Shown: positions 18,799-28,718 of the stretch, one piece after another | Numbering within the stretch: position 1 is the stretch's first letter | How the letters are laid out: the number at the start of each line of letters is the position of its first letter | IMG/VR virus record: IMGVR_UViG_2778261277_000009 | Coordinates: 1 to 37,740 of that record | Reading direction: 5' to 3' (one strand) | From: a virus | Taxonomy: Duplodnaviria; Heunggongvirae; Uroviricota; Caudoviricetes | DNA: 37,740 nucleotides | Notes under the pieces: model-generated | What the model was told of the DNA's origin: nothing | Seen by the model: only the letters and a program-made list of their open reading frames with translations | Database searches by the model: none | Position numbers and translations under genes: made by a program

Positions 18799-18819
18799 TT
18801 AAAATACAAGGGATGACTC

Positions 18820-19329
18820 TTAATCCCACTCAATCCAGTTGTAGACGATACGAAGTGACGGGCGCACAGCGGCAGTCACATCTTCGGTACTAAAGTCGAT
18901 TGCATCACTGTAGATTTTGCAGTCCAACATTTCAATTGTTGTAGCAGCTTTTGTCACAGCGTTAACCCCGGAAGATTTGGATTCAGGGGTAGCAGCCATC
19001 GTGATATCAACATAGTCCTTCGCCGCAATGCGATCTTTAATGAACTGAAGAATATCGCCTTCGATAGTCTCCACGCACTGGACCTGGATTTCCCCAGAGT
19101 TTCGAATTGGACCGTGCTGGTTGAACTTCACACCATTCGGACCATAGTCCTCCACATCCTCGCGGGTCATTTCAGGAATTTGCGACGTGCGAACCAGTAC
19201 GCTGATATCTTCATGGCCTGCAAAAGTGAGCTGGAATTCAGAAGATACCAGTCGTTCGCCTTTGGCCGCGTTGGCAGTATAGCGGCCCTTAATAAATTTA
19301 CGGTTTCCCTTAGTGTTATTGTGCCCCAT
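18820..19329 (-). CDS. virion structural protein (tail tube-like candidate)
   Basis: 169-aa ORF, last gene of the late block; size and composition tube-like. Confidence 0.4.
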   Translation of the reverse strand: MGHNNTKGNRKFIKGRYTANAAKGERLVSSEFQLTFAGHEDISVLVRTSQIPEMTREDVEDYGPNGVKFNQHGPIRNSGEIQVQCVETIEGDILQFIKDRIAAKDYVDITMAATPESKSSGVNAVTKAATTIEMLDCKIYSDAIDFSTEDVTAAVRPSLRIVYNWIEWD

Positions 19330-19340
19330 ATAAAATCCTT

Positions 19341-19922
19341 TTACTGGAACGCCCGAACAATATCGGAGCTGTTATATATCGAAGAACCGGTCAACTGGAG
19401 GTTGACGGTGTTTTTCAGGAAATGCCCATTGCTGTCCCTGGGCGCATCGAGATCGAAACTTATGTCCTGGATAGCGACATCAATGATGTTGATCCGGCGA
19501 CCAATGTTTAGCGTCACACGCTCCGGGATTCGACCTCCAATACTGGCATCTTTAAGTTCCGGGCTAATCATCGCTGACAATGCGGCGATAGCTCCTGAAA
19601 CCTCCGTGAATGGATCAAACAAAGCGATGAAAGTTACTGGCAGCGTGAAAGTTGGCGGTGTTCCCCCCTCCCAAACCATTAAGCTGTTCCAACGGGCCAC
19701 CGACGTTGTTTCAGTACCAACCTGCGCAAAACCACTGAAGGCACCAGCAACAGACCCCATGGACATACCGGTAAACGGCGCTTCCCAATTCTGGGCCATG
19801 TTCATTGCTGCCCCCTGGCTGATATATCCGGTAACCTGGTACTGAGAGTTCGTTAAAGTAACTTTCAGAAATGGCGATACACCATCAGCCTGGCTGTAAA
19901 CCCCATAAGGTATAGGTGCCAT
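19341..19922 (-). CDS. virion morphogenetic protein
   Basis: 193-aa ORF, tightly spaced in the late operon. Confidence 0.4.
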   Translation of the reverse strand: MAPIPYGVYSQADGVSPFLKVTLTNSQYQVTGYISQGAAMNMAQNWEAPFTGMSMGSVAGAFSGFAQVGTETTSVARWNSLMVWEGGTPPTFTLPVTFIALFDPFTEVSGAIAALSAMISPELKDASIGGRIPERVTLNIGRRINIIDVAIQDISFDLDAPRDSNGHFLKNTVNLQLTGSSIYNSSDIVRAFQ

Positions 19923-19957
19923 TCAAGTTAAAGGCCGGAGTTCTCCGGCCTCCTCCT

Positions 19958-20773
19958 TTAGCCAAGGCGCTTACGGCGCAGTTTCATTGACTTTTTGCGG
20001 GCAAGTTTTGCCGCGCCGGTCTGGGCTTTTCGACGCGCTTTTTTCAGCGCCGATTTTTGAGCCGCAGTCAGACGTTTTTTCCGCAGGCGTTTACGGATGA
20101 GTTTGATCTCACCGTTACGAACAACCTTCTTAAATGCTTCAGTCAGCATTTCATCAGAAGTGCCAGCAACAACAAACGCCGCTTCCAGTTCGTCGCGGTC
20201 GTCGCTATCTAAACCAGCGATAGAGGCACCAACATCAGCAGCAGCGTCGTCGTCTTCATCGTCAGCCAGTGCTTCGATCATGTCATCATCTACACCGCAT
20301 GCTGCGAGGAAGTCAGCAACATTTGCCCATGCTTCGTTATAGGCATCGTCCTGTTCTTCTGTAACTTCGGAGTCGTCGTCATCAGAGATACCAGCGATAG
20401 CCTGAACGAAACCATCAAGGGAGTCGAAAGTCAGATCACCGCTATCAGCCCAGGCGAAAACGGCATCGGCCGCATCACTCAACGCATTCTGCATCGCACT
20501 TCGATTTGCAGCTTCCAGAATCATCTGGTGCGCCTGTTCAACGGTCCATTCTTTACCGTCTTTCTCTTCCAGGATTTGCTCAGGAGCCGGATCAGATGGA
20601 ACGTTATCGTTAGTCTGTGCCGCCGGTTCCGGATTATTATTAATAACCGGATCTGTTGGCGGTTCGGCGCTTGCTCGGGCAGACTCCATCAGCTGCACAG
20701 GATCAGAGTTCAAAGCGAAACGGGACAGTCCATTCCCCAAAAATGCCCCGGATTGAAAAAAGTTTTTGCTCAT
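19958..20773 (-). CDS. acidic virion protein with highly basic C-terminal tail
   Basis: 271-aa ORF; D/E-rich body, K/R-rich last 45 aa. Confidence 0.5.
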   Translation of the reverse strand: MSKNFFQSGAFLGNGLSRFALNSDPVQLMESARASAEPPTDPVINNNPEPAAQTNDNVPSDPAPEQILEEKDGKEWTVEQAHQMILEAANRSAMQNALSDAADAVFAWADSGDLTFDSLDGFVQAIAGISDDDDSEVTEEQDDAYNEAWANVADFLAACGVDDDMIEALADDEDDDAAADVGASIAGLDSDDRDELEAAFVVAGTSDEMLTEAFKKVVRNGEIKLIRKRLRKKRLTAAQKSALKKARRKAQTGAAKLARKKSMKLRRKRLG

Positions 20774-20782
20774 TGTATTCCC

Positions 20783-22372
20783 TTACTTAATAAGCAGCGG
20801 TACGCCCTGGATACGACGGGCTACGCCAGTCGGGCAGCAGGCCCAGACTGCTTCCCATTTATCGAATTCCGCCTGCGTAACTTTCAGCACATACGGTTCT
20901 GTACCGTCAGCATCAGGATCACGAGGAGCCACCAGAGCGCCGGAGGCGACAAAGCGATCTAAAAGTTTGGTCATCCCTTTAGTCAGACCAGCCGCAGTAA
21001 TACCGTCCGGGCTATGCTTCATCTGTCGGGCTAACTGGACAAAGAAACGGCTGATTGCATTCATCAGGGATGGGACGTGCTGGAAGTGCAGATAGTTATC
21101 CTGCGTGCAGCAAGTTAAAGCATCGTCGATGATCATCTGGCCAGAGGTGCCAACAGATACTTTATTGAGACGGCCCTTGACCATTGCTTCTTCGTCCGGG
21201 GTATCTTCCGGATACAGCGGTTGAATTGACGCTCGAGCAATGACGGCACGTTCTTCACCAGCCGGTGAGTAATGCCAACCGCCGACATCAGAGTTTTTCT
21301 TGACGCCACGAGCTTTCGCCGCATACGCCGAGCCAGACAGACCGAAGACCACACGGGATTGGGTCCATTTGTCTTTGCAGGAGAACGGGAAGTGATAGAC
21401 AGCACAGCTTACATAATCGGTACCAAGTAAACCGGTATCTTCAACAGCAGAGATCGCTTCCGTGTACGTCAATGTCGGTTTGACATCAAAGAAGCCATCA
21501 ATCAGGCGATCTGCACAGATTTTACCTAATGCGGTGATAGCCGCATTGTCATAGCAGCCCAAGCCAAGAACAGCGGTGTACATGTACGGCGCATTGTTCA
21601 GCACTTTCACCGCACGCAGGTACGCAGCGGTTGAGATTTTCGACTGATCACCGTTGGTACCACCAGTGAACGCCAACGATTTTTTGTTTGTTACTTTCGC
21701 TGTAGAAATCAGATCTTCATTAACAACCGCGCGCAGATATTTAGAACGGGCTTCCAGAGCCGTAGGCAGATAACACAAGCGGCCCATGTCATCTTTCGCT
21801 TCTTCCGCCAAAGACACAGTGTGTGTCTCCAGGGTCGTTACCACACCGAGCGAAGTCGTCTGGGTCAGTTTTAAGAGGAAGCGTTCATTACCCGCGCTGT
21901 CCGCTGTTGCCGTTTCGATGGTTAACTCACGGGTAGGTGAAATACACGGATCACCATCATCAACGTAGATAGCAAAGGCTTCGCCGCTATCAAGTTCAAT
22001 TTCAGAACCGTATGGCAACGCACTGTAAGCCGGTTCGCCTGATTCATCGAACATAATAATCGGGAACTTCGCATCATCCGGAACAGCACGGACAACATAA
22101 CCAGACGTTTGCTGAATAGCTTCGTACACATGGCGAATTGGTTCGAACTGTGAGCCGGAAGACGGCTTCAGCGGTTCGCCGAGAACATCTTCGTAATTGG
22201 ACTCAGTAACCGCAAGAACAGTAAACGGCTTGCCACGCGCAAATACGCCAATACCAGCCCACAAGCTGCTATTTAATGCAACACCGGTAGATAACGTCGC
22301 ATCGGCATTGATCGGGCTAACAGCGACGCCGGATGCATTACCTAATGACTGTTGAATTGAATATTGAGACAT
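20783..22372 (-). CDS. tail sheath protein (P1 gene 22-like)
   Basis: 529 aa (about 57 kDa), position and size consistent with the contractile sheath. Confidence 0.55.
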   Translation of the reverse strand: MSQYSIQQSLGNASGVAVSPINADATLSTGVALNSSLWAGIGVFARGKPFTVLAVTESNYEDVLGEPLKPSSGSQFEPIRHVYEAIQQTSGYVVRAVPDDAKFPIIMFDESGEPAYSALPYGSEIELDSGEAFAIYVDDGDPCISPTRELTIETATADSAGNERFLLKLTQTTSLGVVTTLETHTVSLAEEAKDDMGRLCYLPTALEARSKYLRAVVNEDLISTAKVTNKKSLAFTGGTNGDQSKISTAAYLRAVKVLNNAPYMYTAVLGLGCYDNAAITALGKICADRLIDGFFDVKPTLTYTEAISAVEDTGLLGTDYVSCAVYHFPFSCKDKWTQSRVVFGLSGSAYAAKARGVKKNSDVGGWHYSPAGEERAVIARASIQPLYPEDTPDEEAMVKGRLNKVSVGTSGQMIIDDALTCCTQDNYLHFQHVPSLMNAISRFFVQLARQMKHSPDGITAAGLTKGMTKLLDRFVASGALVAPRDPDADGTEPYVLKVTQAEFDKWEAVWACCPTGVARRIQGVPLLIK

Positions 22373-22432
22373 AACTTTCCCTGTTATGCGCCCCGCACGG
22401 GGGCGCTATGTTAAACGGAGAACTTCCCCTGA

Positions 22433-24139
22433 TTACTCAGAGTCACCGGCATCAATCGTGTCGCCGCTTATGAAGTTAAGCCCGCCTTTTTTGGCCATTG
22501 TCAGCGTTACACGAGTGAAGTAATCAGCGCCGTTGCGTGGGTGCATATCGTTGATAGCCGAACCCCACAGCGTGGTACGGTTGACCAGCGCCGGAGTGGT
22601 CGGATGCTGGAACGGGATGGCCGGGACAGCATCACCAGTCACGAAGCCTGCTTTACCCGGATTTTCATCACGGACGTAGCACAGCACATCCATCGAGCTG
22701 AACTGAATGTTCTCTGTCGTTAAGTTCTTACAAATACCAGCAGGTACTTCGTACACTTTCACGTTACCGAACAGGGTACCGATGTAGTGAACATACGGAG
22801 TCTGGATATAGTCTTCGGCTGGCTGGAAGAAATCCTTCGGCAACTGTTTGAAGAAAGATGCTGCATCAGCACCAGCAAACATCCCCATCGCACCAGAAGA
22901 TTTAACGCGCTCAATAATGTCGCGATATACAGTCTGGAATTTGCCACGAATGATGGTTGCCCATACATCAAAGGACTGGTTAACCGGCAGAGCGATGTCA
23001 AAGGTGTCGGTCGCAAGAGTACGCCAGATCATGATGCGAAGACGCAGCATATCCTGTTCATGAGACAGGTATTCCTTCAGGGTGCGGAACTGTAGGGAAC
23101 CCAGGTCCAGACCAAATTCTCGCTGTGCTTCATACGCCGCCTGTACCGTGTGCTCAGCCGCGATAACGAACTGGCTTGGGAACAGGGTGTATTTCTTCAT
23201 TTCGTGGTTGATCAGCGGGATCAGCTCAGGAGCGGCTTCAATATTGATTTCCGTCTCAATTGCGATCTCAGTGCCTTTATCCGGCGCTTTGGAGAACGAC
23301 AGGGCAATCTGACCAATGTTGTAGTTCAGAGAGCAGGTAACAGTGATTTGCTCACCAGCAGCATTAGTAAACGAGTGAAGTAGGCTGCCGGAACCGTTAT
23401 CAACAACAGACTTAATACGGTTAACGTAGATATTAGTGCGACCTTTTCGGATTGGTACATTCTGGCCTTCGAAGTCTTCCATCTTGAAGGTTGCGGTTTT
23501 GCTGGTGCCATCGGAGCTTGCCACCAGCACATAGCGGCGGCGTAACTGGCTGTACACACCGACGGATTGCATGTCCAGAACATCACCAGCAGCATAAGAA
23601 CCAAAAGAGGAACCTGCCACGTTAAAGACTTCATAGATGTCGGACTGGTCACGCGTAACCGGAATGAAGGTACACGCATCAGCGGTAGCTGCCCCCAACT
23701 GAACAGGCAGGATCATCGCGAGGAATAAAGGCAGACGCATAACACCGTCAGAAACGCTCATCATCTCTGCTGCGACGGATTCCAGCATCGCTTTATTAGT
23801 GGCATCCATGCTATTGCGGGTGGACTCAATCAGGCAGTTTTCCAGCGTCTGGTGGCAGGAGGCCAGAATTTCCGGACGCGGCATAGATTTATGTGCTGCG
23901 GCGTAGTCAGCCAGTGCACTTGCCCACGCTGTAGCGATTTGAGCGGTGGCATTATCAGAGATACCCGCAAAAACCGGGTCTTTACGTGCAGCTTCAAGGA
24001 TAGATGCGGCACGCGCGGCATCATCTTTAATGAATTGGTTATCAGTACCGAACTGCGCAGTGCTTGCCCAGCCAAGCACAGCTTTAGAGCGTTTTGCGAT
24101 ATCTGCAATACGATTCTGGTATTCGCGTAAGTTACTCAA
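22433..24139 (-). CDS. major head protein candidate (P1 gene 23 position), probable TTG start
   Basis: About 63-kDa ORF; the track's first codon at 24160 is TTG; a TTG at 24139 has an AAGGAAG SD 7 nt upstream. Confidence 0.45.
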   Translation of the reverse strand: MSNLREYQNRIADIAKRSKAVLGWASTAQFGTDNQFIKDDAARAASILEAARKDPVFAGISDNATAQIATAWASALADYAAAHKSMPRPEILASCHQTLENCLIESTRNSMDATNKAMLESVAAEMMSVSDGVMRLPLFLAMILPVQLGAATADACTFIPVTRDQSDIYEVFNVAGSSFGSYAAGDVLDMQSVGVYSQLRRRYVLVASSDGTSKTATFKMEDFEGQNVPIRKGRTNIYVNRIKSVVDNGSGSLLHSFTNAAGEQITVTCSLNYNIGQIALSFSKAPDKGTEIAIETEINIEAAPELIPLINHEMKKYTLFPSQFVIAAEHTVQAAYEAQREFGLDLGSLQFRTLKEYLSHEQDMLRLRIMIWRTLATDTFDIALPVNQSFDVWATIIRGKFQTVYRDIIERVKSSGAMGMFAGADAASFFKQLPKDFFQPAEDYIQTPYVHYIGTLFGNVKVYEVPAGICKNLTTENIQFSSMDVLCYVRDENPGKAGFVTGDAVPAIPFQHPTTPALVNRTTLWGSAINDMHPRNGADYFTRVTLTMAKKGGLNFISGDTIDAGDSE

Positions 24140-24190
24140 TTTACTCTTCCTTAAACACAAGGCACTTGTGTGAATCCCTTTTCGGAAGAG

Positions 24191-24209
24191 ATTTTATTGA
24201 AAGTCACTT
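24191..24209 (-). promoter_or_regulatory. candidate late promoter (AAGTGACTT palindrome, 4 nt, TAAAAT)
   Basis: Same architecture as the site upstream of R; palindrome lies inside a longer inverted repeat GAAAGTCA/TGACTTTC. Confidence 0.4.
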
Positions 24210-24274
24210 GTTGACTTTCTCGTGACAAGAAATTTTTTTATTTTTTTCGGGAGGAGGGGAGAAAGGTAAAATCC

Positions 24275-24362
24275 AAGGTGAAATCGTGGCGATTTCACCT
24301 TGAAATTTTAGAAGGATTTACTTTAAAAACAGTAATTTAATGGTGAAATTTGAATGGCGAAA
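24275..24362. other. parS: parS partition site (centromere)
   Basis: Box A heptamers (GTGAAAT/ATTTCAC) and box B hexamers (TCGCCA/TGGCGA) flanking an AT-rich IHF-like spacer, immediately downstream of parB. Confidence 0.8.
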
Positions 24363-24364
24363 GT

Positions 24365-25366
24365 TTAAGGCTTCGGCTTTTTATCGAGGCTCTTTCTAAG
24401 GATATGCCCAATCATCCTGTCGAGTTCTTCCTGTAACTCTTTTGAGAGTCGATTAAACTCATAAGAAAATGCACGGCCTTTCACGCGCTTCCTTGCAAAG
24501 CGATCCTTGTCCTCAAATTTCCATAATTCAGTAACTACGGACTTATCTTTAGAACCTTTATCCGTGAGTAGTGAGGCTTCCTTTGTTATCAAGCGCAGGA
24601 TTTTATTTTTAACTTCATCTTCGGCCATTTCTTCAATGGATAAGATGTCGTTTATTTCCGGGGATATGTTTTGAATAAGCTGATCAAACTCTAAATTCTT
24701 GTTCCCCATTTCGTCGCCAACAGCACAAAGCGTTTTGTAGTCCGAAAAGGTTAATTCCGACTGCACAGGGAAAAGGGCGACTAATTCTTCCGGAGCACTC
24801 GCTGCCTGGAGAGCACGCGTGACCTTCGCCTGAGACAGCCCTTCTTTGGCTGCAATATCCTTCTGACTCATCCCATCATTTTTCATTCGCATCAAACGCA
24901 GACCTATTTCTCGAATGCTGTGCTGCAATGCTGTCTGAACGTCTTTCGCTAAATTTTGCGCTTCCTGAACGCTGATCTCCTGATCCGTGACTAAAACCCG
25001 CAACCCTACGTTCTCTAAGATGGCAGAAGCTCGACGCCGGGAACCATCCAAAATTTCAATTTTCCCTGTAGCCCGTCTAACACCTATTGCAGGGTAAAAT
25101 TGCTGATGCTTAATAGTGCTTCGGATACTTTTTAATGATTTTGGCGTAAGAGATGCCTGGTCACGCCCGTTGTTATGCTGATCAACAAAGGTATCGCTTT
25201 CTACCTGGTTCGGAGGTATTACCTCTTCAATAAATGTGGCCTGGCGACCAGTTGATAACTTGAATACCTGCTCGACTCGATCGCCAGAGGCTGAAGAACT
25301 ATCAAATCCGCTTAATATTGAAGGATTAAGGGTTCGCCCAATTGTTGGTCTGTTTTTCTTTGACAT
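24365..25366 (-). CDS. parB: partition protein ParB
   Basis: 333-aa ORF, MSKKNRPTIGRTL N-terminus, directly downstream of parA and upstream of parS. Confidence 0.95.
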   Translation of the reverse strand: MSKKNRPTIGRTLNPSILSGFDSSSASGDRVEQVFKLSTGRQATFIEEVIPPNQVESDTFVDQHNNGRDQASLTPKSLKSIRSTIKHQQFYPAIGVRRATGKIEILDGSRRRASAILENVGLRVLVTDQEISVQEAQNLAKDVQTALQHSIREIGLRLMRMKNDGMSQKDIAAKEGLSQAKVTRALQAASAPEELVALFPVQSELTFSDYKTLCAVGDEMGNKNLEFDQLIQNISPEINDILSIEEMAEDEVKNKILRLITKEASLLTDKGSKDKSVVTELWKFEDKDRFARKRVKGRAFSYEFNRLSKELQEELDRMIGHILRKSLDKKPKP

Positions 25367-25382
25367 GGGGGTTTCTTACTCC

Positions 25383-26579
25383 TCAGTTAGATCTGATAAA
25401 TTCAATACGGTCAAAAACTGCTTTAGCAAAATCTTCCGCGGCAATTCGCGCGTTCTTCAATGCATCAGCACTACCAACATACGTTGCCGGGTTAGCTGAA
25501 ATAACAGTGTCAAAAGACTCGCCGCAACGTTCAAAACCGTCAAGGCGAGGGAGGACGACATCGAGCATATCCCCACCGAACACTTCTTTAGCCAGGCTAT
25601 GGCAATACTTATGATCTGCCTTGTTACTCAACTTGGACATAAAACCAATGTTAGTCGCAAGCTGGCACTCGCAGCCTTCATCCGAAATGAGTTTCACCAA
25701 CTCAGGAAGGCGGGCAACGTATTTAAGCGATGAGTGGAAATCGACAGTTGCTGGCGGCAGAGGTGTAAACAGTATATTGGCCGAGGCCAAAGCATTTTTC
25801 AGGAAGGCGTCAAGGTGAGGACCACTATCAACGAGGATAAAGTCATAATCGCTCTTCAGCTTATCAATCACATTTTCTTTCAGGACAGCATGGATGTTCT
25901 GACCCGGTAGATGCTCATTGCACAGCTCTCTCCAATCGGATGCAATAAAGGCATCGTCAATCGACGCAGGCATAACGTCAACCCCAGGTACAACAGAAGG
26001 AACAATAAACTCCTCTAACAGCTCTTCACGGCTTACATTCTGCAACATAGCCTGTGCAGATGTTGCGTTTACGATACCAATAGAGTGTTTATGGCTTAAA
26101 AACATCGTTGCTGAAGATTGCGGATCAAGGTCAATAACCAGAATCCTTAAATCTTCCATCAGAAGATGAGGGTGGGCACGCATTGCATGCGCCAGAGAAA
26201 CCGTCGATACAGTTTTTGACACACCGCCTTTAAGATTGGAGATGAAAATCACATACGCTTCGCTGTAGCGATCCCGGTATTTTGGCACTCCGCGATGTTC
26301 ATATATGTCAATGATGTTCTGAATTGACATCGCATATTTCATTGAAGAGCCAGCAGGACGTTTATCGAAAACATAACCCTTTTCTTCCATTTCACTTACG
26401 GCATAGTCAACGTTCGCTCGAGTCAGTAGAGGCAATTTTGCCAGTGCCGCTTTCGCATAGACCTGGTAAAACTCGTTCGCGTGTAGCTCATCCTTTTGCA
26501 ACTGTACTTGTTCAGTCAGAACATTGAGCATTCTGTTTGCTCTTTGAGCAACCTTGTGAAGCTGGCTGGAATCACTCAT
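25383..26579 (-). CDS. parA: partition ATPase ParA (type Ia, with N-terminal DNA-binding extension)
   Basis: 398-aa ORF; Walker A NLKGGVSKT about 100 aa from the N-terminus. Confidence 0.95.
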   Translation of the reverse strand: MSDSSQLHKVAQRANRMLNVLTEQVQLQKDELHANEFYQVYAKAALAKLPLLTRANVDYAVSEMEEKGYVFDKRPAGSSMKYAMSIQNIIDIYEHRGVPKYRDRYSEAYVIFISNLKGGVSKTVSTVSLAHAMRAHPHLLMEDLRILVIDLDPQSSATMFLSHKHSIGIVNATSAQAMLQNVSREELLEEFIVPSVVPGVDVMPASIDDAFIASDWRELCNEHLPGQNIHAVLKENVIDKLKSDYDFILVDSGPHLDAFLKNALASANILFTPLPPATVDFHSSLKYVARLPELVKLISDEGCECQLATNIGFMSKLSNKADHKYCHSLAKEVFGGDMLDVVLPRLDGFERCGESFDTVISANPATYVGSADALKNARIAAEDFAKAVFDRIEFIRSN

Positions 26580-26842
26580 CGAAAGTCATCCTTTATGCTG
26601 TATTTTTGAATTTAATTAAAAATGCTGCATAAAATAATAATGTATGCGTAGATGCTTGTACATAGCATTCCCTGCATGTTTACTCCTTTGCCAAGTGTGT
26701 CACAACATGCTTTGGCATCCTCCACGCATAAAGGACGCGGATTTCTTCTATGTTCAGGTTGTAGCCTGAATCATTTTGGTGATTTCCTGCTTCAACGGGC
26801 AGCCCGGCTTCACTCTCTATCAACTGGTGAGAACGGCTTGCC

Positions 26843-27138
26843 CGGCAGCTTCGATGTGTGCTGGAGGGAGAATAAAAGTCTAAGATGTGCGATAGAGGGA
26901 AGTCGCATTGAATTATGTGCTGTGGAGGGATCGCTGGTATCAAATATGTGTGCTGGAGGGAAAGACAGAGAATTACATGTGCACTGGAGGGAAAAACGGA
27001 TGGACAGATGTGTGCTGGAGGGAAAGTCTGAGCAAACTGCGGGGCGTCCCCCTCCAGCGCACATCAAAAACGGGAAATTGGACAAGCCTTCCCGGCAGCA
27101 CACATTTTTTGAATGCAGCTGCCCTCCAGCACACACTT
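26843..27138. repeat. incA copy-control iteron array (9 RepA-binding 19-bp repeats, 6 in one orientation and 3 inverted)
   Basis: Repeats of type GATGTGTGCTGGAGGGAAA at 26843, 26884, 26914, 26945, 26976, 27007 and inverted copies at 27049, 27091, 27121. Confidence 0.85.
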
Positions 27139-27997
27139 ATTCGGGGAGTTTCAGCTTTGGATTGCGAGAATGGACGATTACAAAACTTTCCCGGCCTTTC
27201 TTCTCAATTGAACAGTCGAGATAGCCGATTGTTTTAAGCTGTTCTATCGCTTTCTTAATGATACGGTTTTGCTCGCCAACAGCTGACTGCAAAGCCAGGC
27301 GCTCACGGATTCGCGCGAACGATAGCGGCAACGGGTTCTGCGGAAGGCTTTCGATGAAAGTGTAAATGGCTTGTGCAGCTTCTTTCTTCGGAAGGGCACG
27401 CAAGGCGTGGTGTTGCAACAGAACGCGATAATCAAGCTGGAACAGCTCCCACAGCTTCGAATCAGCCTCCAGCTCTATCAGATCAAGGTCAGCATCAAAA
27501 CGCCCGACCTTCAGCAGACCAGTCTGATAGCCGCCTTTAGCATCTTTTCCGCGCTTAAAAGCGATACCCTTGTTACGCAAGCGTCCAAGTGATTCATGAA
27601 TGGTTAAACGCAGTTTCGCATCCAGACGTTTTGAGGGGAAACCACAGGCTTTAGCGAATTCCTGAAACGATAACTGGATGGTGTTTGAGGACAAGCCGTA
27701 TTTGCTGAACGCGTAGATGACACCGATCCACGTTTTGAAATCAGTATCCATATCGAGTCGAGGACCGGTGATTTTAATATCATCGTAACCCTCGGCTTTA
27801 GCTATCTCCAGCTGGGAAAACGCTTTGGTGGCATCAATCTCTTTACTTTCTCCTTTGCTCTTTGATGGCTTCGGAACGAATACCCCCAAGCGCATCAACG
27901 CTACAGGCTGGACAGTGTTGTTTGAATTAACTGTTAGTTCTTTTGCCTTACTTTCAATGTCTGCGTAAAGAATATCGGAGATAAATGATTGATTCAT
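27137..27997 (-). CDS. repA: plasmid replication initiator RepA
   Basis: 286-aa ORF flanked by iteron arrays on both sides; MNQSFISDILYADIESKAKEL N-terminus. Confidence 0.95.
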   Translation of the reverse strand: MNQSFISDILYADIESKAKELTVNSNNTVQPVALMRLGVFVPKPSKSKGESKEIDATKAFSQLEIAKAEGYDDIKITGPRLDMDTDFKTWIGVIYAFSKYGLSSNTIQLSFQEFAKACGFPSKRLDAKLRLTIHESLGRLRNKGIAFKRGKDAKGGYQTGLLKVGRFDADLDLIELEADSKLWELFQLDYRVLLQHHALRALPKKEAAQAIYTFIESLPQNPLPLSFARIRERLALQSAVGEQNRIIKKAIEQLKTIGYLDCSIEKKGRESFVIVHSRNPKLKLPE

Positions 27998-28015
27998 ATT
28001 ACTTTTTCCGAATTG

Positions 28016-28274
28016 TGTGGATAGTTTTTATAAGTGGTGATAACTACCCAGGCTTTCCCGTCAGCACACATCCTATATCCCGCCAGCACACATTAGCAAC
28101 CCGTCAGCACACATTTTTATCCCTCCAGCACACATCGTTTTCCCTCCAGCACACATCGCGATACACTTCTAAACCAGACGTGGCGCGGCCTGCAACGATC
28201 AGGGATCTATATGGATCTAATTGGGATCTGTATGGACCTAATTATTGGATCTACCCAGTGGATAATGTGGATAA
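28016..28274. other. plasmid origin oriR (DnaA boxes, incC iterons, GATC-rich repeats)
   Basis: DnaA-box-like TGTGGATAG (28016-28024); five GATC sites at 28197-28251 in short AT-rich repeats; tandem DnaA boxes AGTGGATAA/TGTGGATAA at 28257-28274. Confidence 0.8.
28055..28157. repeat. incC iterons (5 direct 19-bp RepA sites) within the origin
   Basis: Five copies of CC(C/G)(T/C)CAGCACACAT(C/T) spaced 20-22 bp. Confidence 0.85.
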
Positions 28275-28302
28275 GTGAAAAACCGGCCAACATAGCCGGT
28301 TG
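28274..28302 (-). terminator. rho-independent terminator after the upfA-like gene
   Basis: AACCGGC-caacata-GCCGGTT hairpin followed on the minus strand by TTTTTCAC. Confidence 0.55.
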
Positions 28303-28314
28303 GAAGGAAGGGTA

Positions 28315-28707
28315 TTATTCTACGCTTTCGATAAGAAGACCATGTTCATAGCATTTAAGCTCATCGCCTTCATACAGGAACTGGTATCCAATACCACCAT
28401 ATTCAGGCACATTAGGGAATAACTCATCACTTACCGAAGAACAAATCACACCAATGCAGCGATCAACGCCTTCTCGTTCTTCAGTGCTGAAAAAATCCTC
28501 TTCGGTAAGAACATGAGTGCATTGCTCATCAGCATAGGTCGGAAATACATGCTCGATGCAATCCGGGTGTTTTAAACCAAGCTGATTGGCAAGCTCGAAA
28601 GCATGACGGTATTGTTCAGATCCTGGCTTGCCAACAGTGATTTGCTCAATTTTGTAGATTGAAGTCGCTTTGTTGATAGTTTGCTTTACTGTTACTTTAT
28701 CAGACAT
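28315..28707 (-). CDS. hypothetical protein (UpfA position)
   Basis: 130-aa ORF, acidic, Cys-containing. Confidence 0.5.
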   Translation of the reverse strand: MSDKVTVKQTINKATSIYKIEQITVGKPGSEQYRHAFELANQLGLKHPDCIEHVFPTYADEQCTHVLTEEDFFSTEEREGVDRCIGVICSSVSDELFPNVPEYGGIGYQFLYEGDELKCYEHGLLIESVE

Positions 28708-28718
28708 AAAAATCCCTT

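Noticed and set aside
19857-19865. Third copy of the AAGTNACTT palindrome
   Set aside because: Lies inside the 193-aa coding sequence and lacks the downstream TAnAAT hexamer seen at the two candidate late promoters.
26843-27138. Regularly spaced short repeats that could be mistaken for a CRISPR array
   Set aside because: Repeats are 19 bp, occur in both orientations with irregular spacers of only 2-20 bp, flank repA on both sides and match the iteron pattern.
26652-27237. ORFs of 87-190 aa overlapping the incA region (26652-27224, 26680-26943, 26810-27136, 26908-27237)
   Set aside because: Their repetitive AGG/WREG peptides are a direct consequence of translating the 19-bp iterons; this is the non-coding copy-control locus.
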